63,915 nt of DNA, filler included, from Hyphochytrium catenoides (GCA_900088475.1; 11 parts of 11 records of this genome joined end to end with filler, not necessarily neighbours in it); one strand, 5' to 3'; shown: positions 46,101-58,381, counted from the whole stretch's first letter. Notes: generated by a model from the sequence alone, not told the origin. Translations and numbers: made by a program.

Positions 46101-47132
46101 CTCCTTGGAAGAGAGAGGAGAGAGACCCAGAAGAGGCCGAGTCTCTTCTTCTAGGTCCGTACAAGCACTTGTAGCGGCTCTGTCAATAAGAGAGAGAACA
46201 GTCTCTTCACTTTTCTTCACGTCTCTTCTCCTCAGGAGACCGGCAAGCCTCACTCTTCCAAAAACAACGACGTCGGAAGAGGAGAGAGAGGAGGGGAATA
46301 GCTCTGGAGAAGAGAAAATAACCTCTCTTCTCTCTCTTCCGCTCTTGTCTTGCTTCTCTTCTCTCTCTCTCTTCTCTTCTTCTCCTCCTGCCATAAACCT
46401 ATTCACTGCGGCAACAGCGGACTTGCGGCAGGAAATATCAGAGTGAAGATCATAACGAAAGCAGACGCTACCTTGGACGAAGAATATCAACTCGGAAGCT
46501 TTTCTCTCTCTCTTTTTTTCTTCTTCTATGACACTTAGCGGCGATGTAGGTTTGTTGTTGCTCATAAGGCGAGAGGGAGGAAGAGAGATAGGCAAGAGAA
46601 GAAGCTTCTCCTCTTTCTTCTTCTCGTCCTTTGTCTCCGCAGCTCCTACTATTGATGATGGCGGACGGTAGGAGGTGGGATAGGCCTTAAAGGTGAGAAA
46701 GGAAGAGGAAGAAAGAGAGAGAAACTCCTTTGAGAAAGGGTCAACCACAACCGCGAGATCCGCCAAGTATTTCCTTGTCTTTTGCAGGCAATCTCTCTCA
46801 TAAACGCGCTCGAACGGCCTCTCTCTGTCTCCTCCGTTCGGAGGAGCAGTGAAGACAATCGTGAACGGACAGAGACGACGAGCCATGTTTACTATAGTGA
46901 CAGGAGCAGGAGAGTGAGGCTTCTCTAGCAGCTGCGCAGCAGGGTCCATTGCTAGCCAGTCGAGAAGAGAGAGAGAGAGAGAAAGAGCCTTTTCTGGATC
47001 CTCGACCTCTTTCTTCAGCTGTTTGACGGTAGAAGAGAGAGTCTCTAGGTCCAAAAGAGAGAGAAGCGTCTTTACAGAGGAAGGTTGTGGCTCTGAAGTG
47101 GCGACATGGCGTTCCAGTGAGCCATCTCTCAA
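43125..47132 (-). CDS. Large hypothetical protein (1335-codon open frame, probably the last exon); Glu/Arg/Lys-rich with a central hydrophobic block
   Basis: 4-kb stop-free frame with globular-looking N-terminal segments (FTIVFTAPP, LIFFVQGSVCFRYDL, VVVFGRVRLAGLL). The listed start is a TTG; small upstream exons near 47990-47900 and 47425-47335 may supply the true N-terminus. Confidence 0.7.
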   Translation of the reverse strand: MRDGSLERHVATSEPQPSSVKTLLSLLDLETLSSTVKQLKKEVEDPEKALSLSLSLLDWLAMDPAAQLLEKPHSPAPVTIVNMARRLCPFTIVFTAPPNGGDRERPFERVYERDCLQKTRKYLADLAVVVDPFSKEFLSLSSSSFLTFKAYPTSYRPPSSIVGAAETKDEKKKEEKLLLLPISLPPSRLMSNNKPTSPLSVIEEEKKRERKASELIFFVQGSVCFRYDLHSDISCRKSAVAAVNRFMAGGEEEKREREEKQDKSGRERREVIFSSPELFPSSLSSSDVVVFGRVRLAGLLRRRDVKKSEETVLSLIDRAATSACTDLEEETRPLLGLSPLSSKEKCQSLLHRLFSLSLMDYLERGLAAEERKSSYSLFHLVCAVSRERRREGKDEDPVSLSCSCADLLMGRLEQLHDRVTSSEEGEELSWEEDWRKREEEERETEEERSLQEEPSSEQGMSKAETETETDTKKHDEEEEAANKAQVQGLTGQTTRERDAQCLPSERLQATEETKKGEREKETDRREEKEAASEAGNRRETTRRLQETAKKREEEKASLLEKRRKDDLGDEVEREKKQGRRLIETLRLPEAEGGRDNPQEMPEKREDKVAEEREKPRAGLHFPSLYIGLLLLFVYIVDTSEESCASSLSLSLLPGMRLVLCLFGVEIGPGDCFLLLALLSLLESRLSPPLPSFAVVFSIFSRLVSLLSRFFSLLSGAFSLLSRLFSLFALFLAKGRAIAEAHCVSLLSSLFGDYVLPSLARSLPYLDCYRLFASLSFRKGERRRGERETPPAFSSVLTSADSPATVARERAKTRARLFPTYAPITQEELSLLLEDEATTEEEEGENGRRWNEEEIWEQQEIECEETKTAKEENETEKPSISTSSQEERSSEERQGDKIPEETNREVAELSPAVGGGEKEKKEREKKDVVAESPEAEETQQQEEEVSLHAAWRRERRRPPPIIVSGPLLSSQQEEEEEEKTDGEKREIEERERERRLKQEPQGEELTTLLPTATGKVEEEMKGRYEADYSLASSPQEERKDTQERRERQKQSQSPLSPPGTPQWGFTFGRSLRRHPRSRGIINRPPTPQVFSESRRERLSFTFPLSLQSSISLSLSGEPPQQVSGNLQKGEQDEEKEKKNECLTEKMKKEESLSFEEEENSNQDEEREARKTTGKIAKRGFPEKEDANASGEREEKKEEKERDKLLPSSDFLKATAPRLNQQRKDACGPEREREESKETPGTMGERQAERGKRHRERGERERILEKREEKGETFSSAIEELTDDEEQHSAEDNNSEAARERQSGRERPQEGGISSRFPLHLLGPLAARRPSPQVPLS

Positions 47133-48095
47133 GATGAGAGATGGGAAGGTTCAGGATGAGAGGAGAAGAAATATTGTCTTCGCACACTCTCTCTCCTCTT
47201 CTCGTCCCTACCTAGGCGGCTACCCTTGTAGAGGCCCAGAAAGAGACAGAACATGGAGAAAAGGATCAGGACCGTGGCCTTTCCCCGGTCCATAGTTAGC
47301 GAACATCAAAGGCCCGGGCCAACGCGAAACTTACTCTTATCGGACTCTCAAGTGCTGCCAGGCACGTAGAAAGTTTGGCTCTGCAGCTATTTCTCTCGCA
47401 GATCAAGGCGGACATCGTTGGAAACCTAAGCACTTCCGTGGAGGAAAGGTGGTAGAGAGAAGAGGGAGAAGGGATGGGACAGAGAAGTGAATCGACGGAG
47501 AAAGTAGAAGAGCGATTTGCAGGGAGAAAGTTAGGAAGAGAAAGAGAGCGAAGACGGGAGGGAAAGTTAAACGGTGAGGAGAGAAAGAGGAGGCAGAGAG
47601 AGAGAGTGAGAGAGGGGACAAGAGAGAGAGAGAGAGAGAGGAGGCAGACAGACAGAGAAGAGACATACTGAGAGAGAGAGAGGAGGCAGAGAGAGGAGGC
47701 AGAGAGAGAGGAGACATACATAGAGAGAGAGAGGAGCCAGAGAGAGGAGGCAGAGAGAGGAGGCAGAGAGAGGAGGCAGAGAGAGGAGGCAGAGAGGCGA
47801 GGCAGAGAGAGACTGTGTGTAAGAGAGAGCAAGAGAGAGAGAGAGAGAAAGCGAAAGAGTATACGAGTTCTAACGGAACCAGGAAAGCAAGAGTAACACC
47901 TTTGCATAAGTGCGATCTGGACTACTAGGACTCCCCAACCTCCTCCTCCCTTTCCCGAGTCATCTGATTCTTTCACCTCGCTACCCATAGTCTGCTCTTT
48001 CTTTCTGCTGTGGTCGACGGTCAAACCTACTGCTTGCTCTCTCGCTCTGTCTTCCTATCTTGCTCTGTCTTCCTCTCACTTTCTCTCTCTTCTCT

Positions 48096-48137
<42 letters not shown>

Positions 48138-50014
48138 TCTCTCTCTCTCTTCCCTAGTGATGCCTTAGGTCTCCTCGATCCGAGCGTTCGAATGTAACCG
48201 CAACTCCGTGTTCTCCGGGCAAAATTTATGCTTCCGCTTGCGTCTTTCCTCGATAGTACTGGCTCTGACGGGAAACACGATGGCCGGGCCCATGACTGTT
48301 ATCACCGCGGCCCGACCAGGAAGCAGACGAGACTTTCTCGCGATGGAAAGGTCGGAAGAGTTCCGGAATCTTCATGCTGTCGAGGCGTCGGCCTGAATGA
48401 AAGCAAAGAGAGATCTGGAATCCTCATGGCTCCCTCTCGGTTGATTATGCGCCTTCTTTGCCTGTTGGCGGTTTCTTTTCCCTTATCTCCGCTCTGGTCT
48501 TCTCTTTCTCTCCTCTCTCTCTCTCTTCTCTCACTCTCTCTCTCTTCTCTCTCACTCTCTCGCTCTCTTTCTCTTCCTTCGTTTTTTCTTTTCTCCCCAC
48601 TTTCTCTCCCCCTCTTCTTTCTCTCTTTCGCTCGAACCTTCTCCCTCAGCGGTATTCTAACGGCTTCTGATGACGCCTTGGGCTCGCTTGTTCTCTCCAT
48701 TCCTTTATACAAATCCATCTACAACCTGCCTGGGGGATGAATCAGGTGAGAGCGTCCTCTCTGTACAAAGGAGCCATGCACTAGAAGAGAAAGAGTCACG
48801 AAGACGATGAGGGAGAAACATCTGCATAGAGAAACGGAGACAGGGTGAGGATGTGAGAGAGATGAGGAGACACGAAGAGAAAGATAGCAACAGACGATCT
48901 AAAAAGAAGGGCGAAAGAAAGATGAAGACAGAGACAGGCTAGAGAAGGAAGAACGAAAGAAAGAGAAGAGAGAGGGGAGAGAGATAGGAGGAGAGAGAGA
49001 GAGAGCGAGAGAGAGAAAGAGAGAGAAAGACAGACAGACACGGCACGGGAAAAAGGGCCAAGGCTCTCACTGTCATCTAACGGCTCTGTGACCCCTTAGT
49101 CCAGTTCAGGATAACAAGAGGCACCAGATGTCCATCCTAGTGGCCCCTTGAGACAGTGCTGACAACCAAAGGACACTTTCTACGCTAAAGACCTGTACCG
49201 TTTTATTGCAAATATCGCCTGTCTCGATACATTATGTGCACAGCAGGTCTGCTGTCAGAACCCCATACATTCTTTTAGCTTATTACAGTACTGTAGTACT
49301 GTTTTGAGGTGGGTGGGAGAGGTAAGGAATTTGGACGGGTGGGAGAGGCAGGAGAGGTCGGAAGGTAATATCTATAGCGCCGTACAGCTTGGTCTCTTCT
49401 CCTCTCTATCTCCGTATTGCGGCCGCGGCTATAGCAGGACCTAGAGCTTTCTTCCTGATGAGGTGACGTGCGCTGGGCTCTTTGTCTCCTTCTTCTTCCA
49501 CTCTTTCTTGTTCGTTCATTCGTTGGGCCTCCCTCGTTAGACCTTCTTCTTCTTCTTCTTGGAAGTGATCATCAAGCATCATTTGACTAGTGTTTGAAGA
49601 GGGATAATGCCACCATGATCATGCCCAGCAGACAGCGTGACAGACAGTAGGTAGGAGTCATCCAATGGCGGGCTCCCAACAGACGGACAGACATCTCGTT
49701 AGGACAAGGAGAGGTGTTCTGCTGATAATAAGTTGTCCGTTTGTTGTTGGGGCCTTTTATGTTATAGGAAGTCCCTCTGTCCCGCCATGCAAGTCCTACA
49801 TATTCTATTCCCCCGCTGCTGTTGGACAAGATGCTATTTCTCTGAGGGTTAGCTGATGGAAGGAAACAGCCTGCTATTGAAGGATAGCGCCCCAAAAGTT
49901 TCTGGCTGGCAGATGATTCTCATGCTATCGCTTGTTTATGCGAACATGCCGAGGTTGAAGTCGGCCCCTTGTAAAGAGTACTGGAAGTTACTGCTTACGT
50001 TCGGACTCTGCACT

Positions 50015-50114
50015 NNNNNNNNNNNNNNNNNNNNNNNNNNNNNNNNNNNNNNNNNNNNTTAATTAATTAANNNNNNNNNNNNNNNNNNNNNNNNNNNNNN
50101 NNNNNNNNNNNNNN
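50015..50114. other. Artificial contig-joining spacer
   Basis: 44 N + TTAATTAATTAA + 44 N. Confidence 0.97.
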
Positions 50115-51215
50115 AGCAAGGATAGCTTTGCCAACATCGTGACTCTCACTGATAAGAAATAGAAGAAAGATGTGGTTCCAATTCCCTTCTTTGCGTATAC
50201 AGCAGCAGTCCCTCGGTCTGCCTGCTTGCTCCGTGTCTGTCGGAGAAGTAACAACTGAAGCTGCGTGTAAATCTCAGGAAGAAAAGCACTAGGCAGCCGC
50301 CGCACTGAAGGTTTGAATGATCAAATGCCTGGCAGGAGAGAAGCGGCGAGCGTTGGCTCCAGGAAACACATCGGGAAGGGCGGGAAGGGAGGTGACGGAA
50401 GGAAGGAAGAGAAGTAGGAGGAGGGAGAGGGGCAGAACGGCGCTTCGTCGTGATGTTCGCCAGCAGGGAATCGAGATTTTTGCTCAATAAGTCCGCGATA
50501 AGGCCATTCAAATACAATGCACTGCGGCCGGCAGAGTCAGCGGCAGTATGTGAGTCATAGGATACACGATAGAGGAGTAGAGAGACATCACTGGGTGGCC
50601 GTTTCAATGAGAGCTCTTCTATCTTCTATGGGGGGACTGAGAGAAGAGACACCAGAACAGATCGAAGAACGGCCAAACAACCTGTACAACTACTACACAC
50701 CAGTCGGACCCTGAATGGGTGTATGATGAGGTGGGGTTGGGCTCAATAATGATGATGACTTCCCTTTATACGAGTACGAGTACTTCATTAGCCCGACGAG
50801 TAATGATTATCGGTCTATGGCAGATATTTCGAAGATAGATTCGGCCCCCATACTTTGTCTTATTAGAACTATTACCGGGCATTTTTTAAAAGTCGAAAAA
50901 TTTGGGCCGATCCTTATAATCACGTTTTGAGCCCCCCCCCTGCCCAATTGTGAAGAAAGGGCATTTAAAGAAAAACGTTACAATCTGCCGTTCTAGTTCA
51001 TGATAGAAAGCATCCTGATCAACGATATTGACTTGTGCGCTTGCGCTGTCGCGCCGCCTGCTGGCGCGTTTTTTGTTGGTTTTTGAACTGCATCATTTGA
51101 ATACGGTTCATCACAGAGACAACGTCAGCAGCAAAAATAGAAAACGGGAAGCTGAAGAGCATATATATATATGCCGCCTCGTCAATCTTCACCATCATCT
51201 GATACCAGCTTCCCT

Positions 51216-51315
51216 NNNNNNNNNNNNNNNNNNNNNNNNNNNNNNNNNNNNNNNNNNNNTTAATTAATTAANNNNNNNNNNNNNNNNNNNNNNNNNNNNN
51301 NNNNNNNNNNNNNNN
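51216..51315. other. Artificial contig-joining spacer
   Basis: 44 N + TTAATTAATTAA + 44 N. Confidence 0.97.
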
Positions 51316-52064
51316 TCAGAGCCTTTTTACCCTAGGTTTACTGGAGTCACCTACTAAGAATTTTTAAGCTTATTAAGTCCTTAAGTAAGCTTCCTAGAAA
51401 TTCGGCGACTTAATAACTTAAAAAAGATTTGCCTTAATAAGCTTATAAAATATGCCAACACTGCTGCTTTTCTCTTATTATTTACCTCCTCCTTTTCTCT
51501 TCTTCTCTCTGTCTTGCCCTTTACTTGGCTCGGGCTACTATCTGAAGCCGCACAGCAATAATAATAGGGAGTCATAATGAGTGATCGTGATTGATCCCCG
51601 ATCATTATCTTCGTCTCTATCAATTAATGATAAGAATGGAGCCCTTTGCGGAAGAAGGAGGAGAAAAGAACTAGGCGGGCGAGGGCGGACGCAGCAACCG
51701 ACGACCAACAACAATCATCATCAGAGAGATCATCATTCTTCACAAACGGCATTGCTTTTGTCTTCATGTACTAGTGGTGGTGGCGGCGGTAGTGGTGGTG
51801 ATTGAACGGTGGTTTATTATCAAATTGTTGTACGACAGGCGGTTATTATAGCCCTCCTGAATGAAAAGAAGGCTGTATGATAGTTGAGTCTTTGACTAGA
51901 GACGAACTGTAGGGGGATGCGCCGCTGCACTAAGAGGTCATCCTAGCCAATAACCAATATCAACATTAGTACGCGTCTATGTTGATGATGGTGGTGCTTC
52001 CTAGAACTGAGGAGGTTATTATAACATGAAGGACCTCTATAGCTAACTAACTACCTGCTATTCC

Positions 52065-52204
52065 TTGTTGTTGCAACACAAATAAAGAAGAAGAGAGACG
52101 CGTCCGCATTGAGACAGTGTTGTCATGTCCAGGAGTCTTTGTTGTTGCAACACAAATAAAGAAGAAGAGAGACGCGGTGAGACAGTGTTGTCATGTCCAG
52201 GAGC
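52065..52204. repeat. Two-copy ~70-bp tandem duplication
   Basis: ttgttgttgcaacacaaataaagaagaagagagacgcg...tgagacagtgttgtcatgtccaggag occurs twice. Confidence 0.88.
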
Positions 52205-53459
52205 CGACGCGCCTGAGCCCCAAAGTAAGAAAACGTAGATGTCCACGACAATTGGAACCATTCGCTCATGATCAAAGTGTGCTACGTGGACGGCGGAGAC
52301 ATTGAAGTCTCTACTTAACTTCACTCTGAGTCTATAAAGACGATGTCCATAACTGATGTCCTTGCTTAGACAGGACAGTGTGTGGACACTGGGTCACCGA
52401 GAATTGATCAATCAGGGGAGGTGACTGAAAATCAGTACGCGTACTGCTATTATCTTCAATATGCATCATTATTATGGGAAGGGTTCAAGGACTGAATTTT
52501 CTGACAACCACCTTCAGTGAAGAGTGATGGTCTCCACCGCCTTCTTCCTCATCATCAAGAAGAGTTGTTGTCTCTTTCTTTCTTCGGTCGTCATCATCAT
52601 CTTCTTCATTTTCCTTCCTCTTCTATTCGCAAATCAGCAGTTATTCTGAGTCTCCATTATCTCCCAGTTGTTATATCAACAAGGCAGCGGTTGTGAGCGG
52701 TGGTGGCGCGCGGTAGTAGTGTGCCTACTAATGGAAAGTAGGAGTAGGACCAAGCTATAGTAGTATTAGACTGAATTGACCATGATGGTTATTATGGAGG
52801 AGATGTGTCAAGCTATATCCTGCCCAGTCACCGCCTTCATCAACGAATGTCGGTCCTTGCGCCATGTTCTTTCTTCTGGTGCTACAGCAGGAGCAGAGCT
52901 TGTTGGAACACTCGATGAAGAAGAAATAGCTACCTATGTACGATCGGGCTGGAAGTCTCCTCATACCGCTCCGGGAACTAGTCTGTAGGACTAATTAATG
53001 ATAGCATCAGTACCTCCTTCGCCGACAGCACCCCATGTAGTGATATAAGAAGAAGGACGAGGTACCACGAAGTGTAAGGTCTCTGTATGCTTTCAGAGTA
53101 AAGCAAGTTCTTAGGTGACCAGTACCATTATCATAGCCACAATAAAGCCAACGCGCGTAGCACTAATTCAGGTCATCATGCGACATTAGGACTAATCGGT
53201 TTTCTTGGGCGACGACAATATAAGATAAAGACAGAGATGATACTTCTTTTCGCCGTATGAGACACCCTTATGGCTTGTTATCGTACCTTTCTTTTGTTGC
53301 AAGCAGCAGCCACGTGAAGACCATCGACGTGATCGATGAATGATAGTAGTTGTGGTGGTTACTAAGATGGAGCGATAAAAATTGGGAAAGGGACAACGAA
53401 CGAAAGGACGGAGAAAGGAATCCTTCTAATAGAAAGGGAGGAAAGCAGTCATCTGACAA

Positions 53460-54165
53460 ACAAAAGAAGGCAAAAGGAAAGTTTGATGTCCACGAAAATC
53501 TGATCCAATTGATTTGATGTAGGAGATGTGTGCTACGTGGACGAGTTGGAGGTGTGAGCTCTCAACTGAAGTGTCAGTGTAGGCAGTCCTTCTTAAAGGC
53601 CAGATGACTGGTGGTTTGTCTGGGATGGGGAACAAGTTGGAGAAAGGTGGAGGGAAAAAGGAGATCACGAGATGATGCCTACTACGAGATGAAAGAAGGG
53701 GACGTTGGTCGTGTTCTGGCAACAGCAAAAGAAGTGAATGAAGAACATTGCAAAAGAAAGGTTGATGTCCACGAAAATCTGATCCAATTGATTTGATAGG
53801 AGATGTGTGCTACGTGGACGAGTTGGAGGTGTGAGCTCGCAACTGAAGTGTCAGGGCAGGCCAGTCCTTCTTAAAAGGCCAGATGACCGGTGGTTGCTGG
53901 GATGGGAAACAAGTTGGAAAAGGGACGAGGAGAAAAAAAACAGAAATCACATGAAGATTCCTACTACGAGATGGAAGAAGGGGAAGTTTTCGTCTTCTAG
54001 CAACAGCAAAAGAACTGAAGAACAAGGCAAAAGAAAGGTTGATGTCCAGGAAAATCTGATCCAATTGATTTGATAGGAGATGTGTGCTACGTGGACGAGT
54101 TGGAGGTGTGAACTCGCAACTGAAGAGTCAGGGCAGGCCAGTCCTTCTTAAAGACCAGGTGGCTA
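53460..54165. repeat. ~278-bp tandem repeat, 2.5 copies
   Basis: gatgtcca.gaaaatctgatccaattgatttgat.ggagatgtgtgctacgtggacgagttggaggtgtga at ~53486, 53764 and 54041. Confidence 0.9.
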
Positions 54166-56096
54166 GGAGAAGCAAGAACAGCCAGTTTGATGGTTGAGGT
54201 GTGCTACGTAAACGAGGTGAGGCGCTCAACCTCACTGACAAGTCCTCAGCACTGTGGGTCTCATATATGAAGACACTGCAGGAGCGGCAGGTGGGGCAGA
54301 GGGATAGACAAACCATCATCAGAGATAACAAAGTATGAAGACTAGGAATTTGAGGAGAAGAAGAGAAACGACAACGAGTGAAGGTCATGTCAGACAGTAT
54401 TATTGCTCGACTCCCCTCTTCTAAAGCATTCTAAGGGGTACTACTACTGCCAAATGACAATCACTCTTGACATTAACAATTAGGAGTGAATGTCACCAAG
54501 GCTACTACTACGACTACTACTACTCTCTCGCTGCCTACAGAAGCGTAATGGTTATTATTACTACTGCTGGACAGCACACTTCCCAATTACCATTCTATCC
54601 TCCCTTGACCATCATCATCATCATCATCGGCTTCCGCTGCACTAATTACTCTTCTTCTTGTTCTCCTAGTTACCACCACCGCCAATCTTCATCATAGAAA
54701 AGCTTGTTTAGCGCCATTGACGGTCCTTTATTATAAGATCTCTTCGCCCGGCGGGTCTATTGCCCGGCCGCCCGGCACAACTTGCTGGACATAGTAAAGG
54801 AGAAGAAAAAGAGAGAAGAGAGATTGAAGGTCAAGAGAGGAAAAGATTGACAGTGATAATTTTATCATCGGACCACGACGTAGCACGACTCAGTCAGCAG
54901 CCACAGTCGTCATCTGGTGGGTGGCGGAGGGAAATAAGGAACGTTAGAAGGAGGTATTACTTCGCGCTTGATCGTCAGTCATCTGGCAATCTATCGCCAT
55001 CTTCGAGTGCCTCCTCCTCTTTTCTATCCTTGTTGGTCACCTTGTTGGGCGGCAACCGTCGTTAATTTTACTTAGTGCTGAACTGTTCTTGTTCGTCTCA
55101 CGAGCTGGTCGACCCGTCACCAGAGCTTTTGTTGTTGTTCTACTACTTATGCGCAGTCCGGCTACTGATTGACTAATGGCCGGCGAGATTGGCCGCTGGC
55201 TGAGGACAGCACCCTAAGAGCCATTCCAAGAAGAAGACGAAAAGAATGCGTTGTACCACCTAGGAGGTAGAAACGAGGTAGGAGGAGGAAGAATTGCTGC
55301 AGTTAGCATCATCCCTTCGTTCTATATGCTTTACTGGAGCCGCCGTCCTTCTATCTCATAATCTTCTATAACAGAACAAAGCTTTGTTGAGGTTCTCAGT
55401 AGAAGAGGGGTAGTCGATAATATAGTACTTTGTAACCATTCGTTATCAAGTGACACGACTTGCCAGGGCCGCCACAGACGACGTCAGTGCTCGGACTTCG
55501 AGGACCGATAGATTTATTGATTTGAGACCAACAACATAATAAGATATGCGGAGGTCATCCTCCTCCGTCCGTATCTGCCTTCTGTTGCTAATAAAGCCGA
55601 GGAGGAGAAGTAAGGTCATCCTTCTGATAATAATAAGAACCCCCACTATGGACGGGATTCAGATAAGTTTAGCGGCAGGAGGATGAGTTTGCACATCACC
55701 TTTTATTGGACTTACTGATCGTAATAGCGAAGGCTCGCTAAAGGGTGGTCGCTTCCCATCAGTGGAGTCGAGAAAATTGGGAAAAGGAAAAAAAAGAAAC
55801 AGAGCCGCGCCGCAAGGGAAGAGGAGAAAATAAACAGAAAAATAAGGTTGATCTCCACGATCGATAGTCCGACGATCCAATGCTTTGAAGTAGAAGTGAA
55901 CTACGTGGACGAGTAATGGGAAGTATGAGCTCTCAGATGACTGTTGGCTAGCAGTCCTTCATTTATTATTATAGGCCAGACAATGGAGGGAGACCATGAG
56001 GGGTTCAAGAAAAGTAAAAAAGACATTAACAAAAGAAAAGAGGAGTTGATGTCCACCACGAGGATGTGATACTACATCCAGATTGAAGTGAGTTGT

Positions 56097-56973
56097 TGTG
56101 CTACGAGCCTGGGGTATGGGCTCGCAACTGGAGTGTCAGTGTAGGCAGTCCTTCAAGGCTAGATAACCGGTGGTTGCTGGGATGGGAAACAAGTTGGAAA
56201 AGGGAGGAGAAGGGACAAAAAATGGAAATCACGAGAAGATGCTCACGAGATGAAAGAAGGGGAAGTCGGTCGCCTTATAACGACAGCAAAAATTGAAGAG
56301 GACAAAAGAAAGGTTGATGTCCACGAAAATCTGATCCAATTGATTTGATAGGAGATGTGTGCTACGTGGACGAGTTGGAGGTGTGAGCTCTCAACTGAAG
56401 TGTCAGGGCAGGCCAGCCCTTCTTAAAGGCCAGGTGGTTAGGGGCAGCCAGAAGGAGATCACACGGACGAGCAACAAAAATGAAGGAGATGCTGTCCACG
56501 AGGAATTGATCTACAGCCAGTTTGATGGTTGAGGTGTGCTACGTGGACGAGGTGAGGCGCTCAACCTCACTGACAAGCCCTCAGCACTGTGAGTCTCATA
56601 TATGAAGACACTGCAGGAGCGGCAGGTGGGGGCAGAGGGATAGGCAAAAGTCCATCATCAGAGATCACAAAGTATGAAGACTAGGATTTTGAGAGAAGAA
56701 GAGAAACGACAACGAGTGAAGGTCATGTCAGACCGGATTATTGTTTGCTCGACTCCCTTCTTTACAGCATTCTAAGGCGTATTACTACTGATAGGCAACA
56801 ATCACTCTTGACCTTGGAAACTAGGAGTGAGTGTCACCAAGGCTGATCCTACTACTACTACTAAAACTTTCTCTCTGCCTACATAATAAGCGAAATACCA
56901 TATTATTACTACCACAGGGCACTTCCCTATTACCAGTCTTCCCTCCCTTGACCTTCATCACCATCATCGGCTT
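56097..56973. repeat. Direct segmental duplicate of ~53800-54633
   Basis: Colinear shared blocks (ccggtggttgctgggatgggaaacaagttggaaaaggga; cagccagtttgatggttgaggtgtgctacgt; gaaacgacaacgagtgaaggtcatgtcagac; catcatcggctt). Confidence 0.9.
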
Positions 56974-57073
56974 NNNNNNNNNNNNNNNNNNNNNNNNNNN
57001 NNNNNNNNNNNNNNNNNTTAATTAATTAANNNNNNNNNNNNNNNNNNNNNNNNNNNNNNNNNNNNNNNNNNNN
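56974..57073. other. Artificial contig-joining spacer
   Basis: 44 N + TTAATTAATTAA + 44 N. Confidence 0.97.
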
Positions 57074-57541
57074 GAGAGAGAGAGAGAGAGAGAATCAAAA
57101 AGAGAGAGAGAGGCGCTTATAGTTTGTGTTGATGGTGATGGAGAAGAACTGAGTACGGAGAAGAGAGACGGGGAGTGTGAGAGAGAGAGAGAGGCACAGA
57201 GAGAGAAGGGGGGGGAGACTGAGAGAGAGGGAGGAGACACAGAGATAGAGAGCATGAAGAAGAGGCCGGGAGAAGGACAAGACAAAAGAAGACAGACAGA
57301 AGAAGAGAGAGAAGGTAGCCTCGTATAGACAGACTGACAGGGTTGTACATCTGCCTTGAAAAAAAGAGAGGCGGTGATCGGAAAGGGGTGAGAGGGGAGA
57401 AAGCTTTGTACTTCTGAAGAGTCTTTCCTCTCCGCCTGTACGTCTCTTTCTCCAGGTCTGACCTTTCCTGTCATTAGATCGCCTGTCCTGCCGCTCCTCT
57501 TATCCCTCTCCTAACATTATGTCCGCTTATCCTTGATCTCT

Positions 57542-57574
<33 letters not shown>

Positions 57575-57635
57575 CCCTTTTCTCTCTCTCTCTCTCTCTT
57601 TCACTCTCTCTCTCTTTCTCTCTCTCTCCCTCTCT

Positions 57636-57666
<31 letters not shown>

Positions 57667-57678
57667 GTGCCTGTGCAG

Positions 57679-57919
57679 AGCATGAGCGGATTACTGATGT
57701 TCTAATAGCGCACGGGTGCGACCCGATGGACGCCTCGCGTTGGATTGGAAAGTACAAAGAGCATCAGACGAACTGGGTCGCAGGATCCGTCCTAAAGAAA
57801 CACGGTGAGAGAGAGAGAGAGAGAGAGAGAGACAAGAATGCGGCTGTGTTGGTGAAGAGAGAGAAAAGAAGAAAAAGGAAGATTAAGGAAAGAGGGAGAG
57901 AGAAAGAGAGAGAAAAAAG

Positions 57920-57958
<39 letters not shown>

Positions 57959-58136
57959 TATATATTAAGAGAGACAGTTGACAGTAATGGAAATATCGGT
58001 GCTCACATTCTAATATTTCTCTCTCTTCTTCCCATTTTTCTTTCTCTCTCTCTCTTTCTTTCTCTTGCAGCTTTCCAGAACCCTGCTTTCCTTGATAAGC
58101 TTCGGCAGCAGTGGATGAAGATCTTTGATTCTGACG
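57679..58136 (+). CDS. Two internal exons of an unidentified gene
   Basis: 57679-57804 and 58071-58136 have CAG acceptors and GTGAG/GTAAG donors and join in frame: HERITDVLIAHGCDPMDASRWIGKYKEHQTNWVAGSVLKKHAFQNPAFLDKLRQQWMKIFDSD. Confidence 0.6.
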
Positions 58137-58381
58137 GTAAGACAGGCCGCTTAATACGCTGCAGGGAGAGACAGCGGAGCAGAGAGAGAGAGTGCAATCA
58201 CAGAGACAGAAAGAGAGAGAGAGAGAAGGGAGAAAATGAAAGAGAGAAGAAAGAGAGAGAGAGAGAAAAAGAGAGAGAGTAATTTTTATGAGAAAAAACA
58301 AGTGGTAAGGCTTTAAGGCTCGTGCCCTCCTTCCGTCGCCTCAAACTTATTGATTGATTGCTCTCTCTCTCTCTCTCTCTC

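Noticed and set aside
49587-50014. DNA-transposase remnant (RLLGARHW resembling a piggyBac C-terminal motif)
   Set aside because: Too short, no DDD core or TIR, frames interrupted.
50146-50607. 153-aa minus-strand ORF
   Set aside because: Non-ATG start on a 1.1-kb contig and no recognisable domain; cannot be supported as a gene.
53460-56560. Recurring conserved motif as a CRISPR array
   Set aside because: The period is ~278 bp, the intervening sequences are homologous to each other rather than unique spacers, there are no cas genes and the context is eukaryotic.
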